From: Moniliella sp. 'wahieum'
Lineage: Eukaryota
NCBI GenBank assembly: GCA_003971905.1
Contig: RSEE01000037.1
Span: 1 to 64,000, forward strand
Direction: 5' to 3'
Length of the DNA stretch: 64,000 nucleotides
The notes beneath the pieces were generated by a model. It saw nothing but the letters and a program-made list of their open reading frames with translations. It searched no databases and was not told the DNA's origin. The position numbers and the translations under genes were made by a program. Of this stretch, positions 10,941-24,927 are shown piece by piece (the stretch's first letter is position 1; the number at the start of each line of letters is the position of its first letter).

Positions 10941-13900
10941 GACGGTGGTGGTCTGCAGGTATGGAACGCAAAGGAAAGGTATGGGTGGGAGAGGGTGGTG
11001 GTAGTGGTATGTGGCCAAGGAGACACAGAAGGAAAGTCTGTGCAGGGGGGATGCAGCCGGGTGAAGGACAGGGGAGGGAGCGAATCCAGACGAGGGAAGA
11101 ACTTGCGGTCAGATCACTCTGCACGGCCCCTTTTTGAGAGGGGTGAGAAGGGAGAGGGAGAGGGGGAGAAGACAAACGGAGAATGTACACACAGAACCGA
11201 TGACCCAGGGTTCCGAGCAAACCACCACACTCAGCCACAGTAGCCTAGGCGCCTCTGTTGGAAGTCACTGCCGGCCCGTACACGGGGAGTGTTGCGGGGT
11301 GTATCGGTAGATCTGTTGCGAATCCTTGCAACTGGAACCACAGCAGAAGTGCGCGGCTGAGCACTGAGGAGCTGAGCCTCGTGCCTCAGCCTGAAGCTCA
11401 ACGCTGGGGCGGGTTGCGGGTGCGCACGGCTGTGCGCAGGCGTTAGAGGATCGGTTCGATGAGCACACTGCCGGCGAGGAACACGCCCGTCAGCGCGTCA
11501 GCCCTCCCTCAGGGCCACAGGCCTTGGGGACTGAACTTCACGCTTGAAGCTGGGAAGTGTCGGGGTCCGTGGGAGACTTACGGAGGCGCTGAAGTGCTGG
11601 GGTGCGATGCGTACCGCGTAAAAGCTGATGAGAATCTGTTGCGAAGCGGACAAGCCTCTGTCGGGCACGGTGACATGTGGGCGCATGTGATGCATATGTG
11701 AGCGGCTGAGCGCTGGCTCAGCAGCGTTCATCAATCTCATCCATGTTCATGATGCATGAACGTTGAACTCAACATTGAACTCCAGGTTGAGACGTTGAGC
11801 GAGCGCTGGGCGCTGAGCCTCAGCTGAGTCGCTGAGGCGATTATAGGCTGAGTGTCTGCTGAGCCGGTGTGTCGTTCGTTGGATGTCATTCATTCATCTG
11901 CACGAGAGAGGACGATGGATGATCGATGATGGATGATTATATTGATTTACGAGTAACGAGTAACGATAGCAATGATTGACACACCCAACTGTATTCTAGC
12001 TGCTCAGCGCACTCAGCTCAGTCGCTGATTTCAGGCCCGACATGGACAGGCCTCAAGCTGCTCAGCCGCTTGAGACGGATGACGAAGAGGACAGATGATC
12101 GATGACATGCATTGACATGAGACATGCATGATGGTGTTGATCCTCAAGATGCCACGAGTCTCCAAACTCCAGCTTCAAGCGGCGATGCAACCCGGAAGTG
12201 CACCAGCATAAGAGCCCAAGTCTGGGTCCCTTCAGTGCATTCTTCCGTCGGGTCTTCCTGGAGGTAGGAATACTCCCTGGCTCTGTAGCTCTCGTGCGCA
12301 ACTGTGTGGTCTTTTCCCACACAAGCTTCATGCTCGAATGGAACATTGAATTTGAATCTTCATCGATCATCTTCGCTAATAGCAGCAGAGACCCACGGCC
12401 CAGGAGCTTCGGCAGCTTGAGCGCGAGTGGATTGCCAAGAACAACGACTGCGCCCAGCCAGAGACGCGCCGAGCAAGGCCGAGCACCGAAGCTTGAAAAC
12501 GAGGCTATCCCACACACGCATTGGAGTCCACTGCCCCTACGCCCGAGGCCAAATTGATGCAATTCATTATGCGCAGAGGCCGGCCTGTGACATGTGACGA
12601 TTGTTTCAAGACGACCGGTGATGCTGAGGGCTAAGCCTCAGCGCCTCAGCGCCTAGCTTCAAGCTTCACCTCAGCGACCTGTAGCCAGTGTACTCAGAGT
12701 ACACTGAGTACCCTCGCACGGCGCCACACTGTACTTGACCAATCCCTGGTTCGAGACACGGGGTACCCTGGTGTGCCGCATGGGCCTCAGGATGGGATGC
12801 GAATGGATGATGCAATGATGCATGATGCATGATGCTCTGATAATTCGCCAGAGGCCCGTGCACGATTGCTCGGGACACATGGCACATGTCACGTGTCAGG
12901 ATGATTTACTTCTGATTTTCTCTGGCTCAGCGCGCCCTATTCCCTCTCTCGCTCAAACCAGTCACGGGACCAGCAATGGTGCTCATAACCTCCCCCCATC
13001 ACGCTCACGCCTCTGAACTGCTTTTCATTTCCCCCCTCCGCCCGTCAAGCTTCAAGTTCATCATGGATGCCTAGCCCATTAGGCCTGCATGAGGTCCAAG
13101 GCCTCCCACCTGCACGGCTCTTCATGCAGCTCATGCATGAGCCCTCATGTTCTTGTCAAATGGTTAGGTCAATGTTGTTGAACTGAGCACAAACGCGAAC
13201 GCTGAACGTCAAGTGCATTCTCTCTGTCACGTCATGGGTCTCATGATCGCCACCAACTCTCTCCAACATGCTCAGCGCGCTTTAATCAGCGCCAGCTGAG
13301 CTGCTCTGGTATGGAATGTAAGTTGTGACAGTGAGAGCTGGGCGTCCAGGCTGGACGCTGGACGTTAACGATTCAGACTGAGCTCCCACTATCCACTATC
13401 GACTATCGATCTTAAACGGTTTTATCCCATTATTTGCATCATTGCACGCAGATACCTATAGGGTACGGAACGCACGGGGTGTGGTCGATGTCAGATATGA
13501 CACGCGGGCGATGACTCGATGACGTCGATGACGGCGCCACGGCATTTTTGAGATGCGGCAGAGTGTGGCTATAGTAGGTTGGCTAATGATGACTTATCCG
13601 CACAGTCATCCAAGTGCTAAGCTGTGGCAGCTCGAGAACCACAATGAGGAGCGTGAGCATTCAAGGCGTTCAAGTTGAAACACAAATTATCCCTGCATAG
13701 AATCTTGTTTCCTTATATTCCTGCAGATTGAGAAGCGATGATCGATGGACGTTTTCAGTGCTCAAGTTGAGCGCTGAGCGCGTTGAGACGTTGAGACGTT
13801 GAGACGGTGAGGACGAGGCGCAGGACTTGCATTTGCGCAGGGCCAAGAACGCCACAAGGAGCAGCAGGGGTGTTTGTGGCGTGCGAATGGCTGCCTTTCG

Positions 13901-14416
13901 CGCTGCCAAGCCCGGCTAAGCCAGTCCAAACCTGTGCCAAGTCGCGCGCATCATCGATCATCAGTACCAGGCAGTGCACTTGGAAGCAACGGAACAGGAA
14001 CAGGTTTCATACCTGCATGGTGGCAGTAAGTAGTAGGGTCCCAACCTATTATCTCGATCAATGATCGGCCATTATCAGGATGCATCAGCATCAGCACATG
14101 ATGTACCAGCGCCGTCAGTACGACATTTGACAGAGACGGCAACGACGACGCCAACGACACTCGCACTCCTGTTACTTCTCCGCCTCCGGCTCTGCTTCAA
14201 CGGCGTCATCGGCTGCATAGTCCTTCCTACTCCTCTCATCCGTCGGGATCTTCACCGTCAGGACTGGCACAGGCCCCAAAAACGCCAGTCCCAACTCCCT
14301 TTTCCCACACCAACATTGTTTGGGCTACCGTGTTTCCATCCCCTGATGCTCAGTCTACTACCACAAAGAAAAAGGTACCGTACGCTCGACGCTAGCACGC
14401 GGTAAAGAGAATCAAA

Positions 14417-14457
14417 CTTCAAGCTTCAAGCTTCAAGCTTCAAGCTTCAAGCTTCAA
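14417..14457. repeat. (CTTCAAG)~6 tandem repeat
   Basis: Directly visible 7-mer array; each unit junction carries the palindrome AAGCTT. Confidence 0.9.
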
Positions 14458-15454
14458 TCTTCAATCAAACACAACAACCAAGCCGCTCGACCTGGCTACT
14501 GAGATGCAGGCGGCCAGATATCACGGCGGACAAGGGGATGGAAGTGTGGTAGAACTCTATACCCTCTGACCTGAGCAAACCCACTGCAGCGGACCGTGAA
14601 GCCGGGGCAAACAAGGAGTGAGTTGGTATACGCCCTCAGATCTCAGACCTGGTGCGCTCCCCACCTCATCTCCAGTTTTCGTGCTGGTATTGTGGTCTAA
14701 CGGATAAAGGTTATCGAGAACGATGTTGTTTTCCCATACGACAGTACCTTTTTGACCTGACCATTCCCCCACATCCACCAAATAGCCCTCAATGCCTGAC
14801 GCAAGGTACCGACACCAAGTAGTACGATCGGCAACGGCCGCACGAAATGGGTAGCCAACATACTTGGTTCGTGGGCCCTAAGGAGCACTAACCCCCAAAG
14901 CCTCTGTTCGGTTAACTCATATCATGTCCGACCAGCCAAAGCCCCCCTACGAATGACTGTGGGGCACCGGTCCCCATGTCGATCAAATAAGAGCAGCCCG
15001 CTTTGGTATCCGCGTAAGCATACCATACATGTGCATATGACAAAAGTGCCGTGCAAATGCTGCGATAGCATGCGGCACTTTGGCCCAAATTCAGCTTTCG
15101 GTTGGGCCCCATTCAAGGGGATGAATATGAATAGTGAATGGACTTGTAATGCAACAACAAGCCCCATACCTTTGGCAACAACGTTTGGCAACGACCCACT
15201 CTCCATAGAAAAAGGGCGAGGGGGCGCAGCCCAAGGGAGGCTCATGTATGATTCAACCGTTCGTTGAGCGCAGCAGCATGTTTGCCGCGAGGTACTGTTG
15301 CCGCTTGAGAAACAATACCATACACACCACCCCAACCAGGACGTTGAGCAAGCCAAAGCGGACAAAGGCCGATTGCTGGCGCTGGGGGCGTGACCACACT
15401 GCTGCCACCCCCTTGAAGGTTCGGCAGGACGAGCCGCGCCGCGCTGAACACACT

Positions 15455-15925
15455 CTACTCCAATCGGTTCCCCCATGGCTGGCAGTAAGGCAAGTGTGCC
15501 TTGGCATGCGCAAGAGAGGGGCATACGTCTTAGCTTAGTCCGCAGCACAGAGAAGGGGGGGAGGAGGAGAGAGGAGAAGGAATGCGCACCACATCTGCTG
15601 GACATGGGCTGCACGCGCCCAGGGGGGGGGAACAGTCCCACTGCCCCGCCTCGCTAGCAGGGACAAAAGGTGGCATCGGGGTTGGACACAGCGTGGCACC
15701 TGTCTTGCCCTGCCACACGTCCCAGTCGTGCTGCCGCAAGGCCGGGTCCCACGTCGCCGTCTCAATGGGCATCGCCGAATACGAGTGGCCATCGACGCCC
15801 ACATAGTCGACCGGCATCACACCCTTGCCGGCCGGAACGCCTCCTCCAATGGCCAGAGCGGTGCCGGTGACTTCTTCGGGCGGGCGCCAGCCATCGCGGG
15901 GGCGGGGGCGAGGCGCGTGGCTCAT
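15455..15925 (-). CDS. Small hypothetical protein (two exons)
   Basis: ATG at 15925 (MSHAPRPRPRDGW...) and a canonical intron at 15500-15589 (GTGCGC...CTAA...AAG) that joins in frame to AHLPYCQPWGNRLE*. No family recognised. Confidence 0.4.
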
Positions 15926-16448
15926 GGTGGCGGTGGAGGGGGCAGGGCAGGTGTGCCGGCAGACACCGACGCGGCTGGCGGCGTACGTAACGCGTAACAC
16001 TTGCTGGTCGTGGCTTGAAACTTGCACTTGGTGGTGGATTGAAATTGAATCCCGAAGGGCAGCCCAGATGCCGAGGTTGGGCCTTCGTAGCAAGCGCAGG
16101 TAACATTCTTCGTACTATCGATCGCACCGCCATCCGTCATGACCCGCAGCAACTGGTACGGGAAACGGGCGATTGCCGTGTCAGTCCATCGGGGAGAAAG
16201 ATCGCGCTGCGGCAGCATCCTTGGGCGGCTAGAGGAAGACAATGATGCTCTGCAAAAAGATCTTGGGCCGCAGCATCGTACCAGCAGCGAACTATGTGCC
16301 AGCCAGACTGGGAGAGGCGGTTGAAGAGGCAGGTTACCATTGCCAAGTGGGTAGGAGAGGTCCGATGGCCAAGAAAAGAAAGAAAGTACATGCTGTGGTT
16401 GGGGAGGGGGCAAGGGGAAGGAGAACGGTAAGGCAAATCCACCGGAGC

Positions 16449-18069
16449 TTACAACCACTCGATCGTCGCAGGCGGTTTGGAGGAGATATCGAGCACAACG
16501 CGGTTGATGCCGCTGACCTCGTTGGTGATGCGGTTGGAAACAGGGACAGGAAGTCATACGGGAATGGGTACCAGGTAGCCGTCATGAAGTCCGTGGTCTG
16601 CGCCGCACGAAGCGCAATCACTTGGTCGTATGTCCGCTTGTCCCCTGCACACCCACCGCGCGCACAGGCAGCAGGACAGCAAACGCCTGGCTGATCTTGT
16701 CGTAGATGCCCGCCTTGCGAATCTCCTCAATGTAGATCTGGTCGGCATGTTGGAGGATCTTGACTTGGTCCCGGTGATGGGGCCGAGGATGCGGATGGCC
16801 AGACCGGGGCCGGGGAAGGGGTGACGACCAACGAGGTGCTCGGGGATGCCCATAATCCGACCCAGAGCACGGACTTCGTCCTTGAACAGCTCACGCAGCG
16901 GCTCAATCAGCTTGAGCTTCATGTCCCACAGCCGCCCACATTGTGGTGCGTCTTGATCGTTGCAGAGGGCCCCTTGAACGAGATGGACTCGATCACATCG
17001 GGGTAGAGCGTACCTTGGAGAAGCCACTCAAACTTACCCTTCGCTCGGACGCCTTTCCCGCGGCCAGAGCGGCGGCTTCCTCCTTGTCTGCCTCTGCCTC
17101 GATCTTAGCAGCTTCCTCCTCAAACACGTTAATAAACGTGTTGCCGATGATCTTGCGCTTCTTCTCCGGGTCCTCCACCCCTGCAAGGCGAGAGAGGAAG
17201 AGGTCCGAGGCATCGACAACGGTGAGCTTGACACCCAAGTCCTTACTCAACATCTGTTCCACCTGTGCTGCTTCGTTGGCACGCAACACGCCATTGTCCA
17301 CCATGACCGCGTGGAAGCGGTCGCCAATCGCCTCATGCATCAACTTAGCCGCGACCGACGAGTCCACCCCGCCCGAGATGGCGCCCAGTACACGGCCCTT
17401 GGGACCAACCAGCTCGCGAATCCGGGCAATCTCCTTGTCAATAAACGTCGACATGGTCCAGTCGCGACGGCACTGGCAAATGTTGACAAACGAATCGAAA
17501 TCTTCTCGCCCTGCTGGGAGTGGGTGACCTCGGCGTGGAACTGGATGCCGTAGATGGGCTTGGTCTTGTGGGCGATGGCGGCGTAGGGCGCCGTCGGTGT
17601 CTTGGCAATAACCGCAAAATCGTCGGGGAGCTTGCTGAGCTGGTCGCCGTGCGACATCCACACCGTCATCTGCTTCCCGAGGTTCTGAAAGAGAGCATCG
17701 AGGTGTGCGTTGCCCGTGGTGACAATCTCGAGATCGGCGCTGCCGTACTCACGGTGGTCGCACGGGTCCACCCGCCCGCCATGGTTCCAGGCAATCTCCT
17801 GGAGGCCGTAGCAGATGCCAAGAACAGGCACGCCGAGGGTGAAGACGTCGGGGTCGACGCGGGGGGCGCCGTCGTCGTAGACGGAGTAAGGCGAGCGGAG
17901 AGGATGATGCCCTTGGGGGACCAGTCGAGGTCCTTGATGCGCTGGGTGCAGGGCAGCATCTCGCAGTACACGTTCAGCTCGCGACAGCGGCGGGTGTGAG
18001 GTGGCTGTACTGCGAGCCAAAGTCGAGGATGAGGAGGGTGTCATACTGGCTGTGGATCGAGTCGGACAT
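16449..18069 (-). CDS. GUA1: GMP synthase (glutamine-hydrolysing)
   Basis: [56 protein letters not shown] and [13 protein letters not shown]. Several frameshifts. Confidence 0.96.
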
Positions 18070-18439
18070 GGCCGCGATGGAGGTGGGGGTGGGTGGCGGC
18101 AGCCGGGGGGCGAGCGCAATCGGGGGTGTTAATCGGACGTGGGGGCGAGTACTGACTAGTTCGGAGGGGCAGGACGGCTGAGGGAAAAAAAGATGCCGAC
18201 GGAAAAAAAGACCGCAAAAAGACATGCGTTTGCAATGTTTCAGTCGCCACGCGGGCGACAGCAGACGGCAGCGTGGGCCGATTTGAAAGTTGAAGGAAGG
18301 CACTCGCGTGTGGAGCAGGCACGGCGGCGGTCTCTGGGTGGCCTCTGGGCCGCATGTATTGGCAAGGGTCCCACTTTGGAATTTAGAAGCTGGCTCAACG
18401 CTCAACGTTCGTCTCCATCCAAAGCCTCCTTCTGCAGAC

Positions 18440-21400
18440 CCCGCCTCCGCCCCCACCATCGCCTCCCTCGCCATCGCCACCTCCCTCTCCCTCTCATCGC
18501 CATCTCCAGCTGCCTCTCCAGCTCCACCTAACCCTCGCCCTCGCCATCCCCCCCGGCCCGCCATTCCAGGCGATGCCCCCCCTCCCGCCGCTCCTGGCCA
18601 GCGCACCCCGCTCGAAACACCATCCCAATCTCCCCCCTGGCTCTCCTACAGCGCTTGGACCACCACCCCCGCACCACCACACATCACCACACCCGGCCCA
18701 GCACACCCTCACCCACACCCGAACCTTCGCCCAGCCGGCGTACAGCCTTGTATACAAGCCTCTCACCTACTCGGGACCCACCCCTCCCCCGCCCCTCGGC
18801 TCTCTCTACACCACCCTCGACCCCTCCTCCACCTCTGCCCACCTCTCACCCTCCCATTCCCATCCCCATTCCCATCCCCATTCTCACTCCCATTCTCACT
18901 CCTATTCACATACCCGGCACACCAGCAGTGGCATCGTCCCTTCTCCCACATCCACTGCCCTCCCACCCCCCTCGTCTGCACCTTTTCCTCCATTGAGAGC
19001 CATACGCTTTCTTCCTCACTCGCCGCACCACCTTCATCCTCCTTGCCCACCCATCGTCCTCCCCATCAAGCCAGCACCCACCTTCACTGGCAGCACGACA
19101 ACCCCTGCCCCTTCGACTCCTAGCACCTTTGTCTCATCTACCCACGCTGCCTCCCCCTCCGGTCGTCCAAGTGCAGCAAGCGGTTTCCTGCCACCCACAC
19201 CGGTCACCCCGCCCCAGCCGCAGCGACACAACGCCCTGTCGTCAGGGAAGATTGTGGGCATTGCGATTGGATCCTTTTTTGGTGCCCTGCTTCTTCTGGC
19301 TCTCCTTACATTATTGCTTTCTTCTCCTGCGTCGGCGGCGACGTGCCCGGGATCCGTATGGCGACCAAGACCGGTACACGCAAGCAGGACTGCTTGCGCC
19401 GGAAAAATTGGAAGATGGCACGGCCGGCGAGGTAGATCATCAACCTCGAGGCCTGGCCTCCCGATTCTTCTTACGGTCCGGGGGAAGAGGTGCGTATACG
19501 GCTGTGGCCGCTGGCGCCGCAGGGGTCGCGGGGACTGTAGCGGGAGGCGCGTTGGCCAGCAAGGGAAAACAAAGAGCCTCTTCCCCGTCTGTCCCCATGC
19601 ATTCCGACGCCGTGGGAGCCACTAGTGGTACCCAGTCCGGGGCCCACCCGGGCGCAGAGGCATCGCACGGGCAGTCGCAGTTCAGCGGAGGAGCTCGATA
19701 CCCACATGCGTCGCACAGTACGGGCATCTCGGACCGACTTGCCTCTGTCGGAGTGGGCGGGCATTGGTGGAGCAGTGGCGGGGTTGAGGCGGACCAGCAA
19801 TCGCAATCCAGAGCGGGCCGAAGAGGAAGGGGTGCCAACTTCTGAGCCAGTCGGGAACCCGAAGCCCAGCTCCAGCTCACCATGTTCATTATACTGCTCC
19901 ATCTACCGGATCTGCACCCATACCACCTCCAAGTGATGAGGGTACTGCCCTTCCTCGGTCCGAACAGCGTGACGCAGTGCCTTTGTTCGCCCCCCCGCCT
20001 CGGAATCCCAACCGCCCTGCGTGGGTGCCCGAAACTGTTGGCGTGACTGCTGGCGTGACCGCTGCCGTACGGGTCGCAACGGCCGTTGCGGACCAACTAG
20101 TACGCCACGTCCCCCCTTCTCCGCCTCATGCGGAGGAACAACCGGAGGAACCGGTGCCAACAGCCCACTGGACCGGACAGTGGTAACCGATGTTAGAAGT
20201 TCAATCGCGTCTCCTTTAACACCGTCCTTGACCGTAACGTCGCCCTCGCTCGGCACCATCCGGGATCCTTCGGTCATTCACCATCCATCGCAGCAGCTGC
20301 TCTATGGACGCGCAGTCGGATCGGCAGGATCTGCGTGGGTCCAATGATACATTTGGTCGGTTTAGGGATTCCAGGGACTACATGACGCCCACCCCCGATC
20401 CCTATGTCGATGCCACGTCCGAACCGTGGGACGAGACACTCCTCGCTCTTCCGGCACTCGTTTTCAGGACTCCGTTTCCCCTGTTCCCCCACAGGACTCT
20501 ACAGGAGCCAATGCGGAAACAGAAGCAAGCGGGCGAACTGACGAACTGGCTCGCTGCTCTGGCTGTGGGTCAACGTCCCGGCGCGATCAACAAGGGAGTA
20601 GCGAGGGGGAAAGACTCGTCTGGCGAAGAGCGTGAGCAAATCCTTTGGGATGGAACCAGACAAGGGTCTCTTCAGCCCGACATGGACCGCACTGCTCTAC
20701 TTGGTGTTCCCGAGGAACAGGAAGAAACCGGGCGTGGGACACCTTATTCTGACGGACCGGCCGGTACGGCGGGCACGGAACTCCCCACAAGGACTTTCCA
20801 GCTCGGAACTGGATCCCACCTCTCAATCTCCATCCACAGTCCAGAGACCCTCCAGCTCCAGCTGTCCCAGCCATCTCCCCTGCACCAGTCCGGCAGCGCG
20901 CCTCTCTTACAGCCAGGCCCCAAAACGGACATCAGTCCCATGGTCAAGCCAGGAACGTTGCCTGGTCAAGAGCTTCGGCCAGCGGTCCCAGGGTCGGGGG
21001 TGCAGGAGCAGTCGAACTATTTGGGTGTCGTCCTGGGGTCTCCGGTCGTTCTGATGGCAGAGAACAGTCGGTGGTACAAGACCAAAAGTTGGATCAGCCC
21101 GTGATGGACGGCCAACTAGCACCCGGGGTATGGGAAGGCGCGACCAGTCCATTCACTGTTCCTCTGTTCCCTCTCCTCCCAGCCGACACTGGCTGCGACA
21201 GAAGGGACCGAATCAGGTGCTTTGCTGCGTGGCAGCGGGGATTGGAATCCGGGCATCTTGGAAGTGTCTTCGCGGTTCCCTTCTCCCCCGGAGGAATGGG
21301 GACAGGGAGAGAGAAGGAAGAACGGGCGACGAGAGAAGGAAAGGCAGAAGGGCAAGGAGAAGCATCTTCTGCTCTGGTGGCCTCATCGCCTAGATCAACC

Positions 21401-21756
21401 CCTCGCCTAACCCGGAAGCCGGGATGGGCATGGAGGACTACTTGCATCGAGAAGATACGTGGAACTATGGTGCGCCGCTGTCCGACATTGAGGAGCGCTC
21501 GGAAGGCATGTCCTTACGCCACACTGCCTTGTCCGATGCCACCCTTCGTCCCCGCCCGTTCGCGTGCATTTCCACTGCCCGCCCATCGAGCCAAGCTTCT
21601 TCGCTCCTTGCTCCGACACCGGAGATGGAGTCTCCCCATCCACCCGCCTGGCGGCCCTCGCCGCGCGTCCGGACCGCGACGGAAAAGGCGTACGACCGCC
21701 TGGTCGGTTTGTCGGCCGATGAGCATGCTTCCTACGCCTCCGGCTCGGCAGTTTAA
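18440..21756 (+). CDS. Hypothetical single-pass membrane protein with Ser/Thr/Pro-rich ectodomain and long low-complexity cytoplasmic tail
   Basis: S/T/P-rich stretch, then TM segment LSSGKIVGIAIGSFFGALLLLALLTLLL followed by basic residues, then chained ORFs 19129, 20021, 20304 and 21424. Boundaries are approximate. Confidence 0.55.
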
Positions 21757-23023
21757 CAGCCGTATGGAAGTACGTTTGCGAGGGCTAAAATGGGCTATGG
21801 GCCCTTTGGAGATGCGCTTTGCACCCCACACCCTTCCCCCGCGCATCGTCCTGACCATTTATCGCGTCATTCTGGCTCGTAAGGCATGACTGCTGTAACG
21901 ACGGATCATCGACGTTATCTCTGCATCTACTTTATCTACGTTACGGGGTACTAAGCCGTCACTAGCAGCCAACTCGAGTGACTGCCATTGCAGCGACCTG
22001 CCCCCCCTTCGCATATTTCTGGGTCTCGCCCTTCTTGGTGGACGCATTTACAACCTTATGTCGGCGTTTCTGTTCCTTTATATATCCCCTAATCCCCCTT
22101 TTCGGTGCTTCCAATGAAGCTTCACGCCTCACTGCCCCGATTTGCCTACTGCTCTACTAAGTACATATTTCCATGGCATGCATGCATTCCATATACGCTC
22201 CGCATCGTATGGCCAGGTGCACACTGGGACTTGTGATGGCCCATAGTGAATGCGGTCGCCATTTGCATTTTATACTTCGAGGAAAACGAGAAATAGATTC
22301 ACTGCTAAACCCAAGAGAGTGGTGCACGACTGCTGCGTAGGTGTGCAGTCTGTGTCTCGCCTGCCAAACGGGGCCGAGGTCGATTGACTACTTGTGTTGA
22401 GGCCCCACGGTGGGAGGCAATTCATACCCAGCGCCTTAGTTGTTGCATCATAGACTGTCAGGCTGTCTTCACCCCCCCCCCTCTCCCCACAATCAAAGCT
22501 TGGCCTCTGGTCAGATCCAGATATCAGAACTCCCATGAAACCCGTATCCTAACACCAACGAGAGATGGGCTGAGAGGGAACCTGAGCGCATCGTCCACAA
22601 CTACCAAACTAATAAATAGAGTGGTATCACCAGGAAAGAGAGCATATGAAAATACCGGCTTGAAGACTTTGGATCTTTTGGTGCTTGAAGGCTTACCACA
22701 GTGAAGCTTGAAGCTTGATCAGCTTCGAGTGCTATATAACCGTGCGAGGCAGCCCTGTTCGGCTCTGCCTCTTGACTAAAATTCCGACGTAAGATCGGAC
22801 AGCACAGAGTGTGGAGGTACCAATTGAACAGTCCTCTGGCAGGCGAGCAAGGCGGAGAAACAAGAGCTTGCAACAGGAGCCCCCTTTTCCCCTTGTGGCG
22901 TTTGGATATTGGGTCGGCGCAGATCTGGTGCGCTGATATGCGTTGGTGCATGATGCATGATGAAGCTTGAAGAGTGCACATTGGATCTTAGATCGATTAG
23001 TCGATTAGAAGACGTCAAATCGG

Positions 23024-23067
23024 TAGATCGCATTAGATCGCATTAGATCGCATTAGATCGCATTAGA
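23024..23067. repeat. (TAGATCGCAT)4 tandem repeat
   Basis: Four exact 10-mers plus a partial unit. Confidence 0.9.
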
Positions 23068-24927
23068 CGCTGGATCGATTAGACAGGCCACGGCGGGCGG
23101 AGTTGTCTGTGACGCGACGGAGATGGACCGGGGTGGCAAAGTAAAGATCGTCCAGACTTTCCGTTTGTTGAGCTGTTGTCTCCTGCTGTGTCAGAAGGTG
23201 TCAGATGCAGATGGCGATTGCTGATTAATGATTGAATTAATGTTGATACATAGCGTGATCGATGATCGATGGTCGATGGTGGCCATGTAGCAGATGATGC
23301 CGCCGATGGAGATAATCGATAACGCCCAAGGATGATGCCATTGGCGATGATGCCGATGGTGTGTGTTGCCGAATGTCCCGCTCACTAAACGCCTGTGAGG
23401 CTGAGGCCTCAGCTGAGGGGTGTGACCGCCTGAACCGAGACCGGGGGCCGGCCTGGGCGCCTCAACATTCAATACTGAAGCGCTTCAAAAGTCCACACCT
23501 TTTCGTATCTCTTCCAATCGCAATGACTGAGACCAGACATGAGTAATTAAATATTGCGAGTGATTAATAATTTGGCCACATAAGCCACATGCAGGTGCCA
23601 TCATTCATCAGTGCATCTGGCCTCAGGGCCTCAGGGCCCTCAGGCCTCCTGATGATCGATGAGGTGGGTACGGGGTAGCCCCCCTCTCTGCGCTGGTGCT
23701 GATCGTTGCACTGCGCATCGTTCAGCCATTTTTCGACACAAAGAACCCCATCAGAGCTGCTTGAAGCTTTGTGAGCTTTTGTCTGTACCCTTCTGCTCGG
23801 GACGCCCTGGCGATTGATTGCAAATCGTTTTGTGCTCTCCAGCGGCGAGCGAAGATTGAGAAGTTGATCGAAAGGGACGATCAGCAGGGCCCGTCTTGCG
23901 ATTTGGCACACCTTTTTTTTACCTTTTGAGAGAGTCCCAGTGGCTTAACCCTTTCCGCCTCTAGTGTCGCCAGGTGCGTTGGAGCCAGGAGAGTGTAATA
24001 TACTAAAGTCCTTGGGGAGAGTAGCGCGGCGGAGTAATCCTGTGAGACGAATATTTCCTGCCTCTGTATAGCTGTCAACATGTAACTGGGTGACCGGTGA
24101 TGTATGATGCATGATGCATGGTGGCTGTAATAGACTTGCCGAGACGCTAGGCGTTGGGAAAGCCAGTAACCGGTAACCGGTAATGGTTACCGGTTACTGT
24201 CCTGGGTGCCGGTTCCAGCGTATCGAGCCTGCCAGAGCCCCCAGTCTGCCCCAAATGAAAATGGCAGGAGATCGTGTGCGGCCGAAGAGAGTGTTCCGTG
24301 GAGGGACTCTCGGATTGCATCGGGAGAGAGCCACGTACGGTATTGATCGAAGTGATCGATGATCGAGATCGCAGATATCTGATACAAGTGGCGCTGGTAT
24401 GTACGTAAGGTCCATCGGTCGGCGCACAGAACACGGGCACCTGGCCACAGTGCCACTGGCCTCGCCCAATTGGAACTTTGGGCTCCGCCAGGCTCCGCTC
24501 TTGCCCACAAACGCCACGATTATGTTGACAACCGATCGACACGAATGGAACCAAACGCGTCCTTGTGGCTTACACGTTGCATGTCCGCCATCCCGAGGGA
24601 GTCCCTTTGTTACGCCTGTGGTTGCTTGCGCCCCACATACTGTTTTAGTGCTCCAATTGCCCTTGTGGCTCAATCCGGGGGGTGGGGTACGAGGGCTCAG
24701 GCTGCTGGAGCGCTGACATGCATGACACAAGCGCTTCGATGGACTAGTAGTATACACTGTGGTGCGAGCCCGAAACCCCATCTCCTTCATATCTATACCC
24801 TCTTTTGCGTCTTCCCCCACTTCCCTTCTCCCTTGTCCCTGTCTCCTCTCCCACCTTTTTGCTTGGGACCAACCATCACTGCCTCGGCCTGTGCCATCAC
24901 CACGCTTATCCTTTTCCAACATACGCC

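Noticed and set aside
9193..11243. Long plus-strand ORFs 9193-10107 and 10056-11243
   Set aside because: They are antisense shadows of the GH79 gene, common in GC-rich coding DNA.
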